Position numbers and translations under genes: made by a program | Notes under the pieces: generated by a model | Told to the model about the DNA's origin: nothing | What the model saw: only the letters and a program-made list of their open reading frames with translations | Database searches by the model: none | In this document: positions 36,909 to 51,106 of the stretch, piece after piece | Layout: each line of letters opens with the position of its first letter | Position numbering within the stretch: the stretch's first letter is position 1 | Source: Phoronis australis | Taxonomy: Eukaryota > Animalia > Phoronida | NCBI GenBank assembly: GCA_002633005.1 | Contig: NMRA01000326.1 | Location: 353,456-417,455, forward strand | Direction: 5' to 3' | DNA length: 64,000 nt

Positions 36909-39439
36909 TAATTTTCGACTAGATTTAAGTTAAGTACTAAGTTTGCTCGACTCTGCTTAATACGGCAAGTGCTGTACTCTAGTCAAAGTTTCCCTGTCCT
37001 TTTCATTTGATGTTTGTTGCAAATGTTTGTCACATTAGATTAAAGTTTACTACTGTTCCGATAACAGGCTGTTTCTGTTCTAGTTTTCCCAACACTACAT
37101 TCTTCCAACCCCTATATGAACGAAACTTATAGTTGATAAACCTTTACAGAAAAGTCTTGTACACTTGTTACTAATGTTTACTGCACTTGCATGTAACTGT
37201 TACAAGGACACATTAAAAAAACTACTAAAAGTAATGCTTTGCCAATTTTTTTAGATAAGTTAACTTGAAAAAATGTCTGAAATTTATTGGCACTGTTTAT
37301 TGAAACAAAGCACTTTTCTTGAACAACTATGAATATTTTTTGTCAAGTAGTGTATGGTCCATTTGCACAGTTTTATTGAGCCTGGCGCATAGAGATTATA
37401 CAGCTTCACAGCAAAGCTAGAGTAGAGTCTACTATGTATATGACAATCGCGTTGGTCAGAAAAAATGGTTTGGAATGACCAATGACAAAAAGAGGAAAGT
37501 TTTCTAGGTGATGCATCGTTACACAAATAAAACGGCTTGTGTGATAGAAATATTCTCGGTGTCGTAAAATTTAACAGAAATCCCGACTCGGATTTCGTGG
37601 AGTGAGAAATTCAATTATTACACAGTGGTGCCTCAATTTAAAAGCAGAGGAATCAATTCCATTCTCAGTCTCTCCCGTTGTTTGATTAGTTTATGTACAA
37701 TAATTTTGTCTTTTCGACACCAGCTGGGATTGAAATCCTCCCGCCTAGTCAGTCGCAGCCACTGGCTTTGTGGCGTATACTTCTTAGCAGTGGGAAACGA
37801 TGTCCTGTTCATCCATTGATATTTCACGTTTGCGTTTTCTCATAAGCCCACCGTAGAGTAGTAGGTGGCTTTATAGTAGCAAGGCGGGTGTTTAAACGAT
37901 GCATACAACTAGGCTCAAACCTCCCGTCCCAATAACATAGGATCTGTAGGCGGCGCTGAACGTCTGTCCACCAAATACTCTTTCACAGTGCTACGAAGGC
38001 ACTGTCGAATGTTGTTTAAGATGGCTTCTCATTGGTTAAAATAATGAAACCGACGTAATCACATTCAGCCATTGGTTGAAATCTGGGAAACCTCTTTAAG
38101 TTTACCGTTACGTATAGTATGGCGACCACCTTTGACTTAAATAGTTGCAATTTAGTAAAACGGGCAGTGATCTACTTGTCCTTCGTCTTATTTCAATACT
38201 GTTACTTAAGAATGGACTCCGCACATAAATACGAATTGGCAAACATCTGCAGATTAATAAAATGCGTTTAGGCAGCTGCGCGCAAAGCTGACTAACGTTC
38301 TGTGCATGTTGTAGAAGTTCAGTGTACAAGTTAACAGCTTCGACACCAGTGACCCAGGTAGTACTCTCATACTGTAAACTGTGAATTCAAATTAGAGAGG
38401 ATTTCTTGAAATTGACCATTATAGGTCTGGAGACAACACTAATATCAGGCTCACAGTTGTTGCCAGTTACAGTGTACTAATGCCCAAGCTTCGTGACCTT
38501 TAACCTAACTATCCGTTCTTACGATTGGTTAGGGTTAAGGTGGTGCTCGCCACCTGTTCCATGTGTCACGTGTACGTATAATAACGTAACGAATATCCTC
38601 AAACGTGATCAAGGTGGTCCGAAATAAACTCGACCACTTTCTTTTCACGGTACATGGGGAGACTGGAGACGTACTACACTCCAAATCCCCGAGACTGACG
38701 TACATTGAGCGGCGTCTTCGTTGCGTAAATCGATGTCATACTTCCAAGTATTCATAACAGCAACACTGTACAACGTCAAGACTATGCGCTTCTTGGCTTT
38801 GACCCTGGTGTGGTGATTTCAACCAATCCTCTCGTGCCCTGCTAATGTATTGGCGTCTCACTCGAGTGATAAAAGCAGGATACAACCAAAACAAATACTC
38901 GCAGTGTCACATAGAAAGAATATTGTAACTCTTAATAGATTGTCTTTCCTTGCAGCTGTGTAACTTGTCTAAAGCGTGGGTCACGCTTTCCCTTTACGCA
39001 GACTTCGAAGTGCCATGCAGAAGGGGGAGGGGGCAACGCGGAGCATCCAGTCACTATGAATACACTTTATGGAATTGTGATTTGTAGTTAAATTGAATAA
39101 AGTTTTTATTTTAAGTTTCTTTTTTCTTTTTCTTAATACTACGAGTACATGGATTTAAGAGGGAGCATCACTAAACCACTGCACGCTACCGAGACCAAAA
39201 TTTGCAAACTATCTTGGAGCTATAATTAACCAGAGAGCAACTTCCTTGCAAAACTGTGAAGAAGCTATCAAATCAATCCGCCTGTGTGTTCCAGAGGGTT
39301 TGATCATACACAAAAAACCCACCATGAAATTTAATCAAAGTAGTTTCTAATGTAATTGTACACCATAAATTTTAACTAAAAATATTGAGTTTTAAAACCA
39401 CACCAGTACGCTAATCGATGCCACATTGAATGATTCACG

Positions 39440-39750
39440 CTAATAAATTTCTGAATGCACTAATAATCATTTTGTAACTTTGATCGAAGCATCAGATTTC
39501 CAAAGTACAGGGAATTTTCCACGCAATATCCTGCCACGCAATAAGTTGCGTTAACTTGCATAATGGTCGACTGGCACACTGGGTTGGTCGATAGCTGATC
39601 AGTCGAAAAACATTCCTCTGAACACGACCGTGCCTACGTTCCTCACGTGTATTCTCGTTGTAGAACTAGTCCGACAACGAAGTTGTTTCATTCACAACTA
39701 CGAATATTCATTCTGAATGTTTTTACTAGCACTATCTGGTGCGTCCGATA
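39440..39750 (+). repeat. Diverged dispersed repeat; second copy near 44297-44565
   Basis: Shared aatttctgaatgcactaa..catcagatttccaaa..gttgtttcattcaca/gttgtttcattcacac..tattcattct.aatgttt. Confidence 0.75.
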
Positions 39751-40529
39751 TGTCTCAGAGTGACGAACAACCTGGCGATTCAACCACGGGCAAAAGGGAG
39801 ATTAGTTTCACCGTGTCGGCGGGGCGTTAAAATATCGCACAAGTAAACTGGCTTTTAAAAATGTACATGTAAAGTATTATTTACTCACCTAAAGCTTTAC
39901 TTTACGCTTGGCCATATAGCAGACTTTGTAAGGATTTTAAAACATTATTTCAAACATTTGACGGTTGTCGAGCTCCATTTTGTTTCAGAAAACTGAATGG
40001 AAAGTTGTTAATATCTGTCACTACGCCCAAACCGTGTTCGGTATCCCTTTTAGTTTACAAAATCTGAGATAACTTCACAACGTTATGGTCGTGAACCCAG
40101 GAATTCACACAGCAAAAATTTAGACGCGTTGACTGCACAAAATACATTACTCCAGAGCCGTTCGAAAGTGCCATGAATTAACAGTTGAATAGTTGTGCAC
40201 ATGTTGCGTCTTCTTCACAGGTTTCATATCCCAACCATAAACGTACTGTTTTTACGTTTTGCTTAGCGACTCGTGTTCTTGCCAAAACTTAGTTTTATTT
40301 TGTAACATTATCATAATTGAAATTAGCTTAAGACCAGTGACGGATTAACCATAGAGCTGACAAGGCATCTCTGCAGAAGTGATCCTCAGAAAAGATGAAG
40401 GATCGACGAACTAATTTCGCGAGGGCATACAACGCGAGGTGTGTCTGTTTCTCTCACTAGACCTCAAAGGATCAAGATATTTTCTCTGTATGTTTTATGA
40501 AAAATGCATCATAACTAAGAAAGGTGTTA

Positions 40530-41850
40530 GATTTTATTGTGAATTTATTGACTTTTCAAAAGCTTTCGATCGAGTACCACCTAATTTCCTTTTTGCAAAT
40601 TAAAGGACCATTCTAATATGTTATCAGTAGAACCACCAATGCACAATCATGCATTAAAACATGTATTGGTTAAACAGATTTCTTCAGATACACCATTGGT
40701 ACTCGCCAGGTATGTACAAGTCCACTTATATGCTTCGTGTGTCAATGAGTTTCTAGAAAAACTCGACTCGGTATCAACTTAGCTGAGCTTGCTACACAGA
40801 TTAATTCACTGGTGTATACCAACCACTTAGCTTTGTGTTCCTAACAGTTATTATAACCTGCATCGTATGTTGAATTGTAGGAATTACTGTGACTCGGGAG
40901 GGGGGGGGGGGGTAATTGTCATCGATTTCTTTCTCATGGGCTATGCCTGCAATGCCTGTGAATTTAAGTAGAACAAAAAATTGTATTTAGAAATGGGGGT
41001 CATTTAAGACATTAACAAGCAACAAAGAGGGCCTATGTATCACTATAAATATCTTGGTATTGTCATTACACCCAAAATTTTATTGCCGAAATTCACATCA
41101 AGCAAATAAAACAGCGTCGCGTGTTTTGGAATTACAGCGCAGATGTCGCCACACGCCACCATCAATTGGCTTTCATTTAATTAATACAAAGTTGCACCAA
41201 ACATTACGTATGTTACGGGCCACACTTTGAAGTTTCAAACACCGAGAGTTAAGAAAAAAACATAAAATGACTCCTGGATCTTGGTACCTTTTGCTCTAAA
41301 CCCGCAGTTTTGGGCGAATGTTCCAGATACCCTCTGTGTACGAGATACTAAGTAAGTTGCATTGAATACCGTTTTAAAATTACGAATTTGCCACAGGAAA
41401 GTTATACAAGGGCTAATGTTGTACAAGCTGTATAAAAATGGGAGATGTGTGTATAATTGGGAAACCTTGGTACACACCTTATTGTCAATGTACGGTTTTT
41501 CTGATAATTCGACGAACCAGAAAGTCGCATACAAAGAGTAATCTGTAAATATTTTCTCACAGCGTTGTAGGTACTGTTTTTGCGAAGATGGGAGTACTTG
41601 AACTAGAAAACTATTTAGAAATTGGTCGTCTTCCAAGACTGTTTGGACAAACCACAAACTAGCAGCAGAAACTGGCAGTCACTTAAATGTGGAATATACA
41701 CCCAGTGTGTGTGTGTATTGTGCTCACGGAATTGTAACGAGGATGAATGAAACTTTTGTTTGTTTATAGCACTTTCTCCAAAACCAGAGCTACGTTTTAA
41801 ATGGGAGCACGTGGATTAACCTTCTTTGATTAAATTATACCAACTGATAA
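40530..41850 (+). pseudogene. Decayed non-LTR retrotransposon (CR1/L2 group) reverse transcriptase and 3' region
   Basis: YCEFIDFSKAFDRVP, IGTRQ..SPL and YKYLGIVIT, plus the C-terminal NHKLAAETG motif; many disablements. Confidence 0.8.
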
Positions 41851-44800
41851 GATTAACGTACCACTTGTGAAATGAGCAGATAATGCCTGCAAAAAAGGAA
41901 CGCTTTGCATGCTGATAACAAGTACGTAAATCACTTATTTGTATGTTGTATATTCGGTTGATGGCCATGTGTACAAATAAATTTAATTTCGAAACGAGTC
42001 ACAGATTTTTTATTTACCTAAAGAGATATCAACCATCAAAATGGCGTATCAAACAGACCCACAAGCATTCATTTCTACGGTCTCTACCTCAATATTCTGA
42101 CGAAAAAAGATTCCCCTTGCCATATAGACCATAACTGTGCGAAACGGTCACCGCCGAATAAAAAACATTGTTCAAAAACTTCAAAGAGTCGAAAGTAAAA
42201 AGGCCTGAAAACTCGCATACGTGTTTGGCTCATAAATAATACCTTCAAAGAACTGCCAAGTTTAGAAAAAAGGAAACTGTTTTATTCAATAAGTGGGCAC
42301 ATTTAAGTTTTTTAAATAAGTGTTAACGATCACAGTTGTGGCACATGACCATCCATCTCCCGATAGGGACATACAGCACAATATGTTCTTTCGGGTATTT
42401 TGTCGGCTTGGAAACATGTGTACCCCAAGCGGTTGGTTTTGGCCTTCTGGTGTCGGTGGTATCTTCTCGTGTGGACCATCGTAAATGGTCGGTAAAAGTG
42501 ATAGTGACTTGGTTGTCTTGGGTACCAATTTGCTCGTTGCATAGATATTGCTACAGCATCTATCCTATGTAGTGAGGTCAAGGCAACAAGATGTTCGCAG
42601 TCTTATCCAGTGTAAGACTGCTCGTGTGCGTTTATCTGCTATTAGAACCAAACGCTTTAGGAAACCGTTTAACAGCAATCGAGCATATACTTTCAACTGA
42701 GTTGTGAGTAAAGTTGTGGACTCTTATCTGCATACATGTCGGCTTTGACTTGTAAAACTTTGCATTTTACAGTTGTTTGTGGTTACAATTGCCATGTACC
42801 CCGAGGGTTCCCTGTTAGCACAGAAGAAAACTAGACTCTTGACTTGACAAACAGAAAGCTGTGAAGTGCAGATATCAATACTGAAGACTACAGTCGCTGT
42901 ATTGCCAGTGTCAAGTGAGGAAGATAAGCTGTAGCAACAAGTCTTAACAGGAGCGTCTAGTCCAAGCACAAGAATAGCACAGGCTTCCGGAGTAAACGTA
43001 GGAATGACAGCAATATCAAGCGTGCACAGGCTTGCTTACTCCTACGTCTAACTACGAATGCACAAGGCTTTTACGAGCGACGTTTGTTACATAAGAATTC
43101 CACTGACCCACTTCTGGCTATTACAGGGTGAAATTTTATCGCCAGGGGTACACGCGCCATGCGGGGATTTAGTCTTGAATAATAAACGGTTTCTCTGTTG
43201 CAGAAAACAAAACATGCAGCAAGACACATGGTGGCCAAGGAATTATGTACGGAAAAACATGAACTGGCAGGGTCACTATACAACGTCATATGAATCTGGT
43301 GAAGATGTCCGACCACATAGCGTTATTACACAATGGCACCACCAGTTCAAGAGCAGTGTGACATCTGCGGTAACGACTCCTGGGCGACCAACTTCTATTG
43401 ACTCCATGTTTCTCCCTTATGGCAACACAGATATTGTTACACGAGTTCAGCGCTGTAAATCATCACAGATCCCCCAAAGATGTGTAACTGCTCAGCTAAA
43501 ACGTTAACCTTCTGTAATAACCAGGGCCTTTTGTCTAATCTTTCTACTCGAAATTATTTTTGGCATTTTCAATTCTACTTTTGTACGAAGTCCAGATAAG
43601 TGTATGTTTTTCTATGCTAGAGTATATAATGGATGTTGTAGATAACTGACTAATTCTACTTTGCACTTGATGACCCCAGCATTGTGGCAGTTTTGGATTG
43701 GACATTGCTTCCATGCATAATTTCTTATTTCAACTGGATTCAACACTGCAATAGCATACTGAATTGCTATGTTCAAAGGGTTGCAGGCAACATCACCACG
43801 GCCATGTCTCCCATTCTTCAAAGCGACACCAGACATATTTGGACTGAAGATAACTAATTCCAAGACAATAGAAAGAACCCAAATACAACATTTATTGGCA
43901 ACCCACTCTTCACAGCTTGCCAATGAAGATGCCCCAAGTTCACAGTCATATCCAAGTTTTATCTCGTTTTAGAAGCAAGCATACAGCTAAAATTTACTGG
44001 ATACCACAGTCTGCAAACTCCATGTTATCAGAGTGTGGTGGAGCGAAGATTAAAAGCCTTTCTGGTACAATAAATGGAGCGCAACTTTTTTGTAAAATTG
44101 CCAAGACACGTCAACCTCTTGTCACTGTGTCTTTTTTATACTCCTGTACAATGGGCTAAATGCAGGTCATGAAAATGAAAAACAGTTTTTATGGAAGTAA
44201 CTGTAGACTGTTAAATGTAAGTCAAATATTGTATCTTTAAACCACTCCATCAGTGCTCACGTGTCAGTTTTAATAAAAAATGAGTAGCTAACAAGTTAAT
44301 GAATTTCTGAATGCACTAAAGTCACTTTTTAACTCCGACCCAAGTGTCATCAGATTTCCAAAAGCGCAGGAAATTCCCCACTGATATCCTACAATGTCAT
44401 GACTTAACTGTATGTGTTAGCTTGTGTGTAGTCGATCTGTCCACATACATTATTTCTGAATATTGGAGTACATGTTCTTAATCTTCATTCTCGTTGTCAG
44501 AATATTCCAATAATGGAGTTGTTTCATTCACACTCAAGGGTATTCATTCTAAATGTTTCCACTCAGCCAATCTGATGTGTCCAGCAAGATGTGTGCTAAC
44601 TACGACAACAGGAACTAGGTGTGTTATGGGACAGGACTATTGTGGTGAAGTGCAACTACCAGGTACCATGTTTTGGGACGTTTAGGAAACCCAACACATT
44701 AAAGGGCAAGTTGCATTTTTAAGGACTTCTTGGTTAATTTGCCCCATTTTACTCAAGTATTTCAAAGAGTACTGTAAACCTTTTTAATTATCAATTTTGA

Positions 44801-45170
44801 AATTGATTAAAATAACACTTTCTCTGGAAGTGTGATGGAATTATACAACCCTGATTCTTAGCAGTTTGTTCGTTTGCCTAAAATACTACTGGACATATTC
44901 TCAAGTATTGGGAAAACAAGTATTTCAACATTTTGTATGTACTGTGTACAGATTTACACCGAAGTTTGAAATTAATTATTTTCAGCACTTATTTCCTTTA
45001 AAACATTTAAACCCATGGTTCGACATAACAGATTCGATAATTGTTAACTAGAAAAGGTAAACACCAAGTTTTATGATTTCCATACATGAATCTGTGCATG
45101 TTTTTGTTTTTATATGTTCGCAATAGCATATCTAAATATTGGAATACTTATATTAGATGCTACTTAAATA

Positions 45171-46033
45171 TAGATTATTACATGGCGAAGTCGCTATCCC
45201 CCGTTATCTAGAGCCCGAGTGGATTTTGGAGAATTGTCGCCCGAGGGGCGTTAGCCCCGAGGGTGATAATTCTACAAAATCCACGAGGGCTCTAGATAAG
45301 GGGGATAACGACTGAGAACATGTAATAATCTATTTATACCACATACTAAACGAGAAACATTGCAATGAATCGATCTACCTTTCTCGACTCGCCTCGGCTT
45401 TGTAACTACTTTCTATGTCAGAGGCCCGGGGTCGGAGGTCGTGACCTTTTAAGAAAAGCCGAGCTATTTTTGTCAAATAATACTCAAAACCAATTGGAAA
45501 TTTAAAAAAAATAGAAATGAAGTGAGTCTCTAAATTAAGGTTAAGCAAGTATTATAGCTTAAAACACGTTTTTTACACGCTAAGCTTCGACCGGGAAATT
45601 ATCGTCTGCTAAAGTAGGTTACCACTGGTAACTGAATATAATTCTCAAGTCAAAGATCCAGACGACACGATACCCGCATTCAAACTGGAGATCGGTGATT
45701 TACAAGTAAGAGGACATGAGAGAAAAATTTCACTGAATTAAGATATCATTTTTATGGAAATTATGTCTTATTTTTCGGAGCGTAAGAGTACAGTACAATG
45801 CGGTTTGTTGAACGTGCGATTATTGCGCGTGCTCATTTAAGTATTCTCTTTTCACACTTGATGACGTCAGTCGCTACGTGGTGTAGTGGATAACGTCGGC
45901 GACCAGCAATTCCAAGGTCCCGGGTTCGACTCCGTCCTCGGTTTCCCGCCAAAACGTTATCTCACTAGTGAGATAACTTTATGGGTTATTACACGGTTGT
46001 ATCTGCCATATTACGCTAATATTGTGGTATAAA
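45171..46033. mobile_element. Non-autonomous element with a 162-bp terminal palindrome and tttataccaca/tgtggtataaa inverted ends (possibly Crypton-associated)
   Basis: Hairpin at 45171-45332; 11-bp inverted repeat at 45333 and 46023. Confidence 0.6.
45873..45942 (+). other. tRNA-derived Pol III promoter-like segment (SINE-head-like), not a functional tRNA
   Basis: A box TGGTGTAGTGG and B box GGTTCGACTCC; the acceptor stem does not pair. Confidence 0.65.
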
Positions 46034-49000
46034 TGTATATACCTCTATCATTTATGAATTGTCTACAACCCAGATATAATGCTTCGAGATTTCTGGGTTT
46101 GTCATTATTTCTTTGTATGTTCTGTGTATTCGTCAATACATATATATCACTTTTAACACCAACCTTTGGCCAGGTATTAAAAGCTAAGAATAATTTATGT
46201 TATAATAGGTAGGCACACTAACTGCACAATGAGCGTTTTGCAGGAGGGCCCCAAGCACACACAAGCTGAGACAACTTTTCTCTGAAACACATTCCCAGTT
46301 ATCATAGCAGACAGTAGTCTTTGTAGGGACATAAATGACAAGTGGTTTCTGGATCTGGCCAGACCCTTCTGAAGGACTAGTTTCAGCCACTAAGGTCATC
46401 ACAGCTCCTGGCGATTTGTTGTACTGGTAACAAATTTAAAGGATGAGAATGCAATGACACAACTATCCAGAAGATTAAATGGGTGTATGGCTGTAAAGAG
46501 TTGATAGCTTTAAACACAGAATGTGTTTAACAGTGGCTTTAGGTGGTTTTGGAGAGCTGATATATGGTGGACAGTTGTTCAGTAAATCTTCACACCATGG
46601 TCATAAATGATTGAATTCGGATACCAACAATATTGGTAACTTTTAAGTATTTCTTTTTCAATTTGTGTACTTGCAATCACGAATTAATGCAAAAATTAAA
46701 AATTTTGTGCGACTTCATCATTGGAGCTCCAGTCTCCACCACTGTAATGTTTGTTCTACACCAGCTGTGAGCTGGAGTGGTCTCTGTGTGTCGTTGTACA
46801 CCAGCTGTAAACCAGAGTGGTCTTGAAGAGTTGAACATTGCCTGTATTATGGTAAGTTACCTGTGGATACAATGGGAATTGGACTGATGATATTTCAGGA
46901 GGGGATGAAGGGGCATGTGTATTGTAGTAAATGGTGGAGCAAGCGATCAGTTTGGGGGCTATGCTATGCTCAGCCCAATTTGAAGAATTGTGCTTCAACC
47001 CTACGCATATACGAAGACTTGATGAAAGTTTCTCCAATATGTAAGTGCATTTGATGGACAAAAAAGTGTTTTGTGTTGTACCATTGCTGGGAATGTAGTT
47101 GTCAGGCACATAATGAGTATCAGCATGAATGTGATTGTAGTAAAAAAGTTTTTATCAGTCTATTCTTGTTAGAGATTTTGTGGGAATGCATGCTCTACAT
47201 CAATGCCCATTAGTAGAAAATGGAATGCGGATGCCTGGCAAATAGTTAGAGGTCACAAGCGCAGCCAGCGCTGAGGCTGGAGTCAGGCACAAGACTGAAA
47301 TAATCAACATTCACAATGGCACAAAGCTTTGTTAACTTTGGAACACAAAAGCGAGAAACCAGCTCGATCAAGTGTCATTCACCAGATATCCAGTTAGCAT
47401 CACAATTAGATATGACCGTTCCTCACTCCGCATTCGAAGAAATGAAATCAATATGGCAGCCATTCGTGAGTGAGCTTTTTACAAATTTACATATAAATAT
47501 TATTCGACACTACAGTGGTTAGAAAATTCAAGCCTGATTCAATAAAAAACTAAAATTACGACTCAGAAATGTTCACTCAGAAATCAGGACTGTCCGACTG
47601 AATAGGCTCGGACTAGACTTCTCTCGCCGAAGATGCCCATGTAGTAAGGTCGAGTTTGTATGGCATCAAACATGCGAAGTCTGCTGATTGATATGGCGAT
47701 GTCCAACTCATTATCGGCCTGAGTGTCCTCTTCACTAACATATGACTTAATAATACTCGTCAAGCTCGCTCTCAAAGTTTTTGTAATCAAAATCATTACT
47801 ACCTGCCACAGAACATACGCTGTCAACTGATCCACATCTTCCACTGATGACATCACGTGGTGGGAAATCAAAAAATCATTTTTTCCTTGATATTAAATAT
47901 TCCTCAATTATTTCCCAAAATAAGTGTTTCTTTACTTAATAAATTTTTGTTATAAAATTCTCATACATGGCCTAAAACTCCAAAAAGGGCAAAAATCCAT
48001 TGTAAATACACCAAATACTTATCTCTACCTGGAACTAAAAGTTGGAGCTGACAATTACAAAAAAATAAACTCGGTACCAAAGTATTAGTAAATTTTATTT
48101 CTTGTTTTAAGCAGAATTTGAGAAAACTTACTTCAATTCGCGTCATATCCAACAAGCTAATTTCTGTATGGACTGGAAATGTCAAAAACCAAGCGGCAAC
48201 ACCCTGGACACTATAAAAACTTAGCTTGAGTACCAGTGTGGGGTCAGACTTTATAAGTATATTGCTGGGTCTGTGGGTGTTGTGATCAAGATAAAGAACT
48301 TGAAAGAGAAGTGAAGGGACACAAGCCTTGAAACTTGGCAAATTTCGAGTCAAAATGTGTTGTTGACAAGAGAGCTCACAAAGAAGAGAACACGTGTTCA
48401 CTGACCACAGCTTACATCAAAGCTCCAGATCCCTTGTAATGGATAGTCATGAACCCACGCCTAACTGCTAAATGTAATCATTTCACTGTTTGTCCCTTTT
48501 TACAAATATTGCTTCACTAATTTTACATTTTGTACTTCTTGAGATCTCTTGGTGACACTGTAGATCTATGCAGATGCCTCTTGATTTTTAGCCAACATGT
48601 AAGTTCCCTCTGGAGACTACATTTGTCGATAAGTATAGAAGATTTTTCAAAGGATCCCTGGCACTCCTGGTTTCTTTGGTGACAATTAATTGTTTTTGTC
48701 CTGTGATTAATTGTGGGTTTCATTATTTTTTATTTTTAGTGCACGTGTTTGAGAAAAATGAGATGGGGCAGACACTAGTCCATTTTTGAAGATTATGCCT
48801 CTCTTTTAGACACCCTAGTTATTTATTTTCAAAAACAGCGACATACCTATTTAGAAAACATAAAATTCTGCTATTTTCCATTTTGCAAATCATTAAATTC
48901 GATTGTACTATTTGAAAGTAATAAATCACACGTAATCATCTGGAAAAAAAACAATCATTTTGTGCTGAGTTATGCTGCAGCTGTGTTTTACCAATACATT

Positions 49001-49270
49001 GCTACACACCATGTCTATTATTTCTTAAAACTTGGAAAGATCAGCGCTACCTTCAGAAAGAATGAACAACCACTTGGACATGTTTGCTTCAAAATGATTG
49101 CTGATTCTGTTAGAAATCTCTAAATACCTAAAGATGATATCAGCTTCCATAAATTCCAGGTGTTATTGTGGAAACTTATTGTCTCGACTCTCCTGGAAGA
49201 GTAGCTAGTCATGTGACAACAGACAAAGCAAAATGTGTTCCAAGAACACAATGAGTCATGTTGATAACTA

Positions 49271-51106
49271 CCGTAATCGTTCGGGTTAACGCCCATGCTC
49301 AGTTAACCGCCCATCCCCGACTTTAAGTGGATTTTCGATTTAACCGCCCACTGCTCGGTTAAGCGCCCCCTGCGATTTTTGAAGATTTCCAGTTAAGCGC
49401 CCACCTCTCGGTTAAGCGCCTATCCCCGACTTTTAAAGAAGGAAGATTTNNNNNNNNNNNNNNNNNNNNNNNNNNNNNNNNNNNNNNNNNNNNNNNNNNN
49501 NNNNNNNNNNNNNNNNNNNNNNNNNNNNNNNNNNNNNNNNNNNNNNNNNNNNNNNNNNNNNNNNNNNNNNNNNNNNNNNNNNNNNNNNNNNNNNNNNNNN
49601 NNNNNNNNNNNNNNNNNNNNNNNNNNNNNNNNNNNNNNNNNNNNNNNNNNNNNNNNNNNNNNNNNNNNNNNNNNNNNNNNNNNNNNNNNNNNNNNNNNNN
49701 NNNNNNNNNNNNNNNNNNNNNNNNNNNNNNNNNNNNNNNNNNNNNNNNNNNNNNNNNNNNNNNNNNNNNNNNNNNNNNNNNNNNNNNNNNNNNNNNNNNN
49801 NNNNNNNNNNNNNNNNNNNNNNNNNNNNNNNNNNNNNNNNNNNNNNNNNNNNNNNNNNNNNNNNNNNNNNNNNNNNNNNNNNNNNNNNNNNNNNNNNNNN
49901 NNNNNNNNNNNNNNNNNNNNNNNNNNNNNNNNNNNNNNNNNNNNNNCTTTGGAGTGCATGTTACCTTGACACCAACATGTGATTGACAGGTGACTCACAC
50001 GTAGGCCCTACGTGCGTGCTGAATACCGCCACTATCTTTGGCCATAAAAAACGAGATGCATATTGAAAGAGGCCGTTATATTACTTGACGGCATTTCCAA
50101 GTCACGATTGTCAGCCGACTGAGACATTGCGCGAGAACAGCGGGACCGAACAGTGCCGCAGTGCGATATTACAAGCGATATAAATAGGATAATCTGGACA
50201 TCTTGCATGAAAAATAAATGTTTTTCCACCACGAAGTTTGGTAAGGTGATCGTTTAGAATAAAGAATTGAAACATTGCTGTTTTCTGACATTTTGTAACA
50301 TATTTATGCAGTGGCTTGAAATTTTATTCTTGATCGACGACTGGCTCGACCACCCCCGATCCTTGTCTTACTTCTTTGCATAGCATGTTTGGCGCAACCG
50401 CAAGAGAGAAATGCCGGGCTGTCGAGATAAGACAGCTAGCCGCAGAACCATACGCTGAAAATGTCAACGGAGTGTCGACTATAACATCCCAAACACAAAA
50501 AAAACAGCAGAGTTAGGTTTTTCAAACTTTGATTACAACCAATTTTAAAACTGCTCTCTGACTCAGAACTTGACAGCTACATATAGTACGAGACTGTAAC
50601 CATAAATTTGATGTCTGACCTCTGCAACACGTGAAGCTTGCACGCGCGCACTTAAGCAAGGTCACATCTTCATTGAAACAGTTTTAATTCTAGTGGAGGC
50701 TGCGTGGTGACTGGTCGTCTGCGCACCGCAGGACGGCACGGGGCTATTACTCAGCAATTTTGTATAAATTTAATAGTGAATGACTAATCTGAGGGCAAGA
50801 GAACCTTTGTTGGGATCATCCACTGTTATGACGTTTTCACAGTCATTTGGCGACGTGCCGATAAAGCTCTTTGAAAAGGGCTACGCGTTCCGAGTATGAT
50901 TGTCGTGTCGGGATTTTGATTGCCAGGTAAGATTAACCGCCCAGGGCGGTTGTCTGTCGTAATAAGCGCCCATGTTCGGTTAACCGCCCATCCCCTACTT
51001 TAGGTGGATTTTCGATTTAACCGCCCACTGCTCGGTTAACCGCCCTCGCCCGATTTTTTGGATTCGCCAATTTAACCACCCAGGGCGTTAACCCGAACGA
51101 TTACGG
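49271..51106. mobile_element. Non-autonomous Tc1/mariner(pogo)-type element, TA TSD; contains an assembly gap
   Basis: Perfect TIR ccgtaatcgttcgggttaacgccc / gggcgttaacccgaacgattacgg flanked by TA; subterminal ttaa(c/g)cgccc arrays. Confidence 0.88.
49450..49946. other. Assembly gap (N run)
   Basis: Run of N. Confidence 1.
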
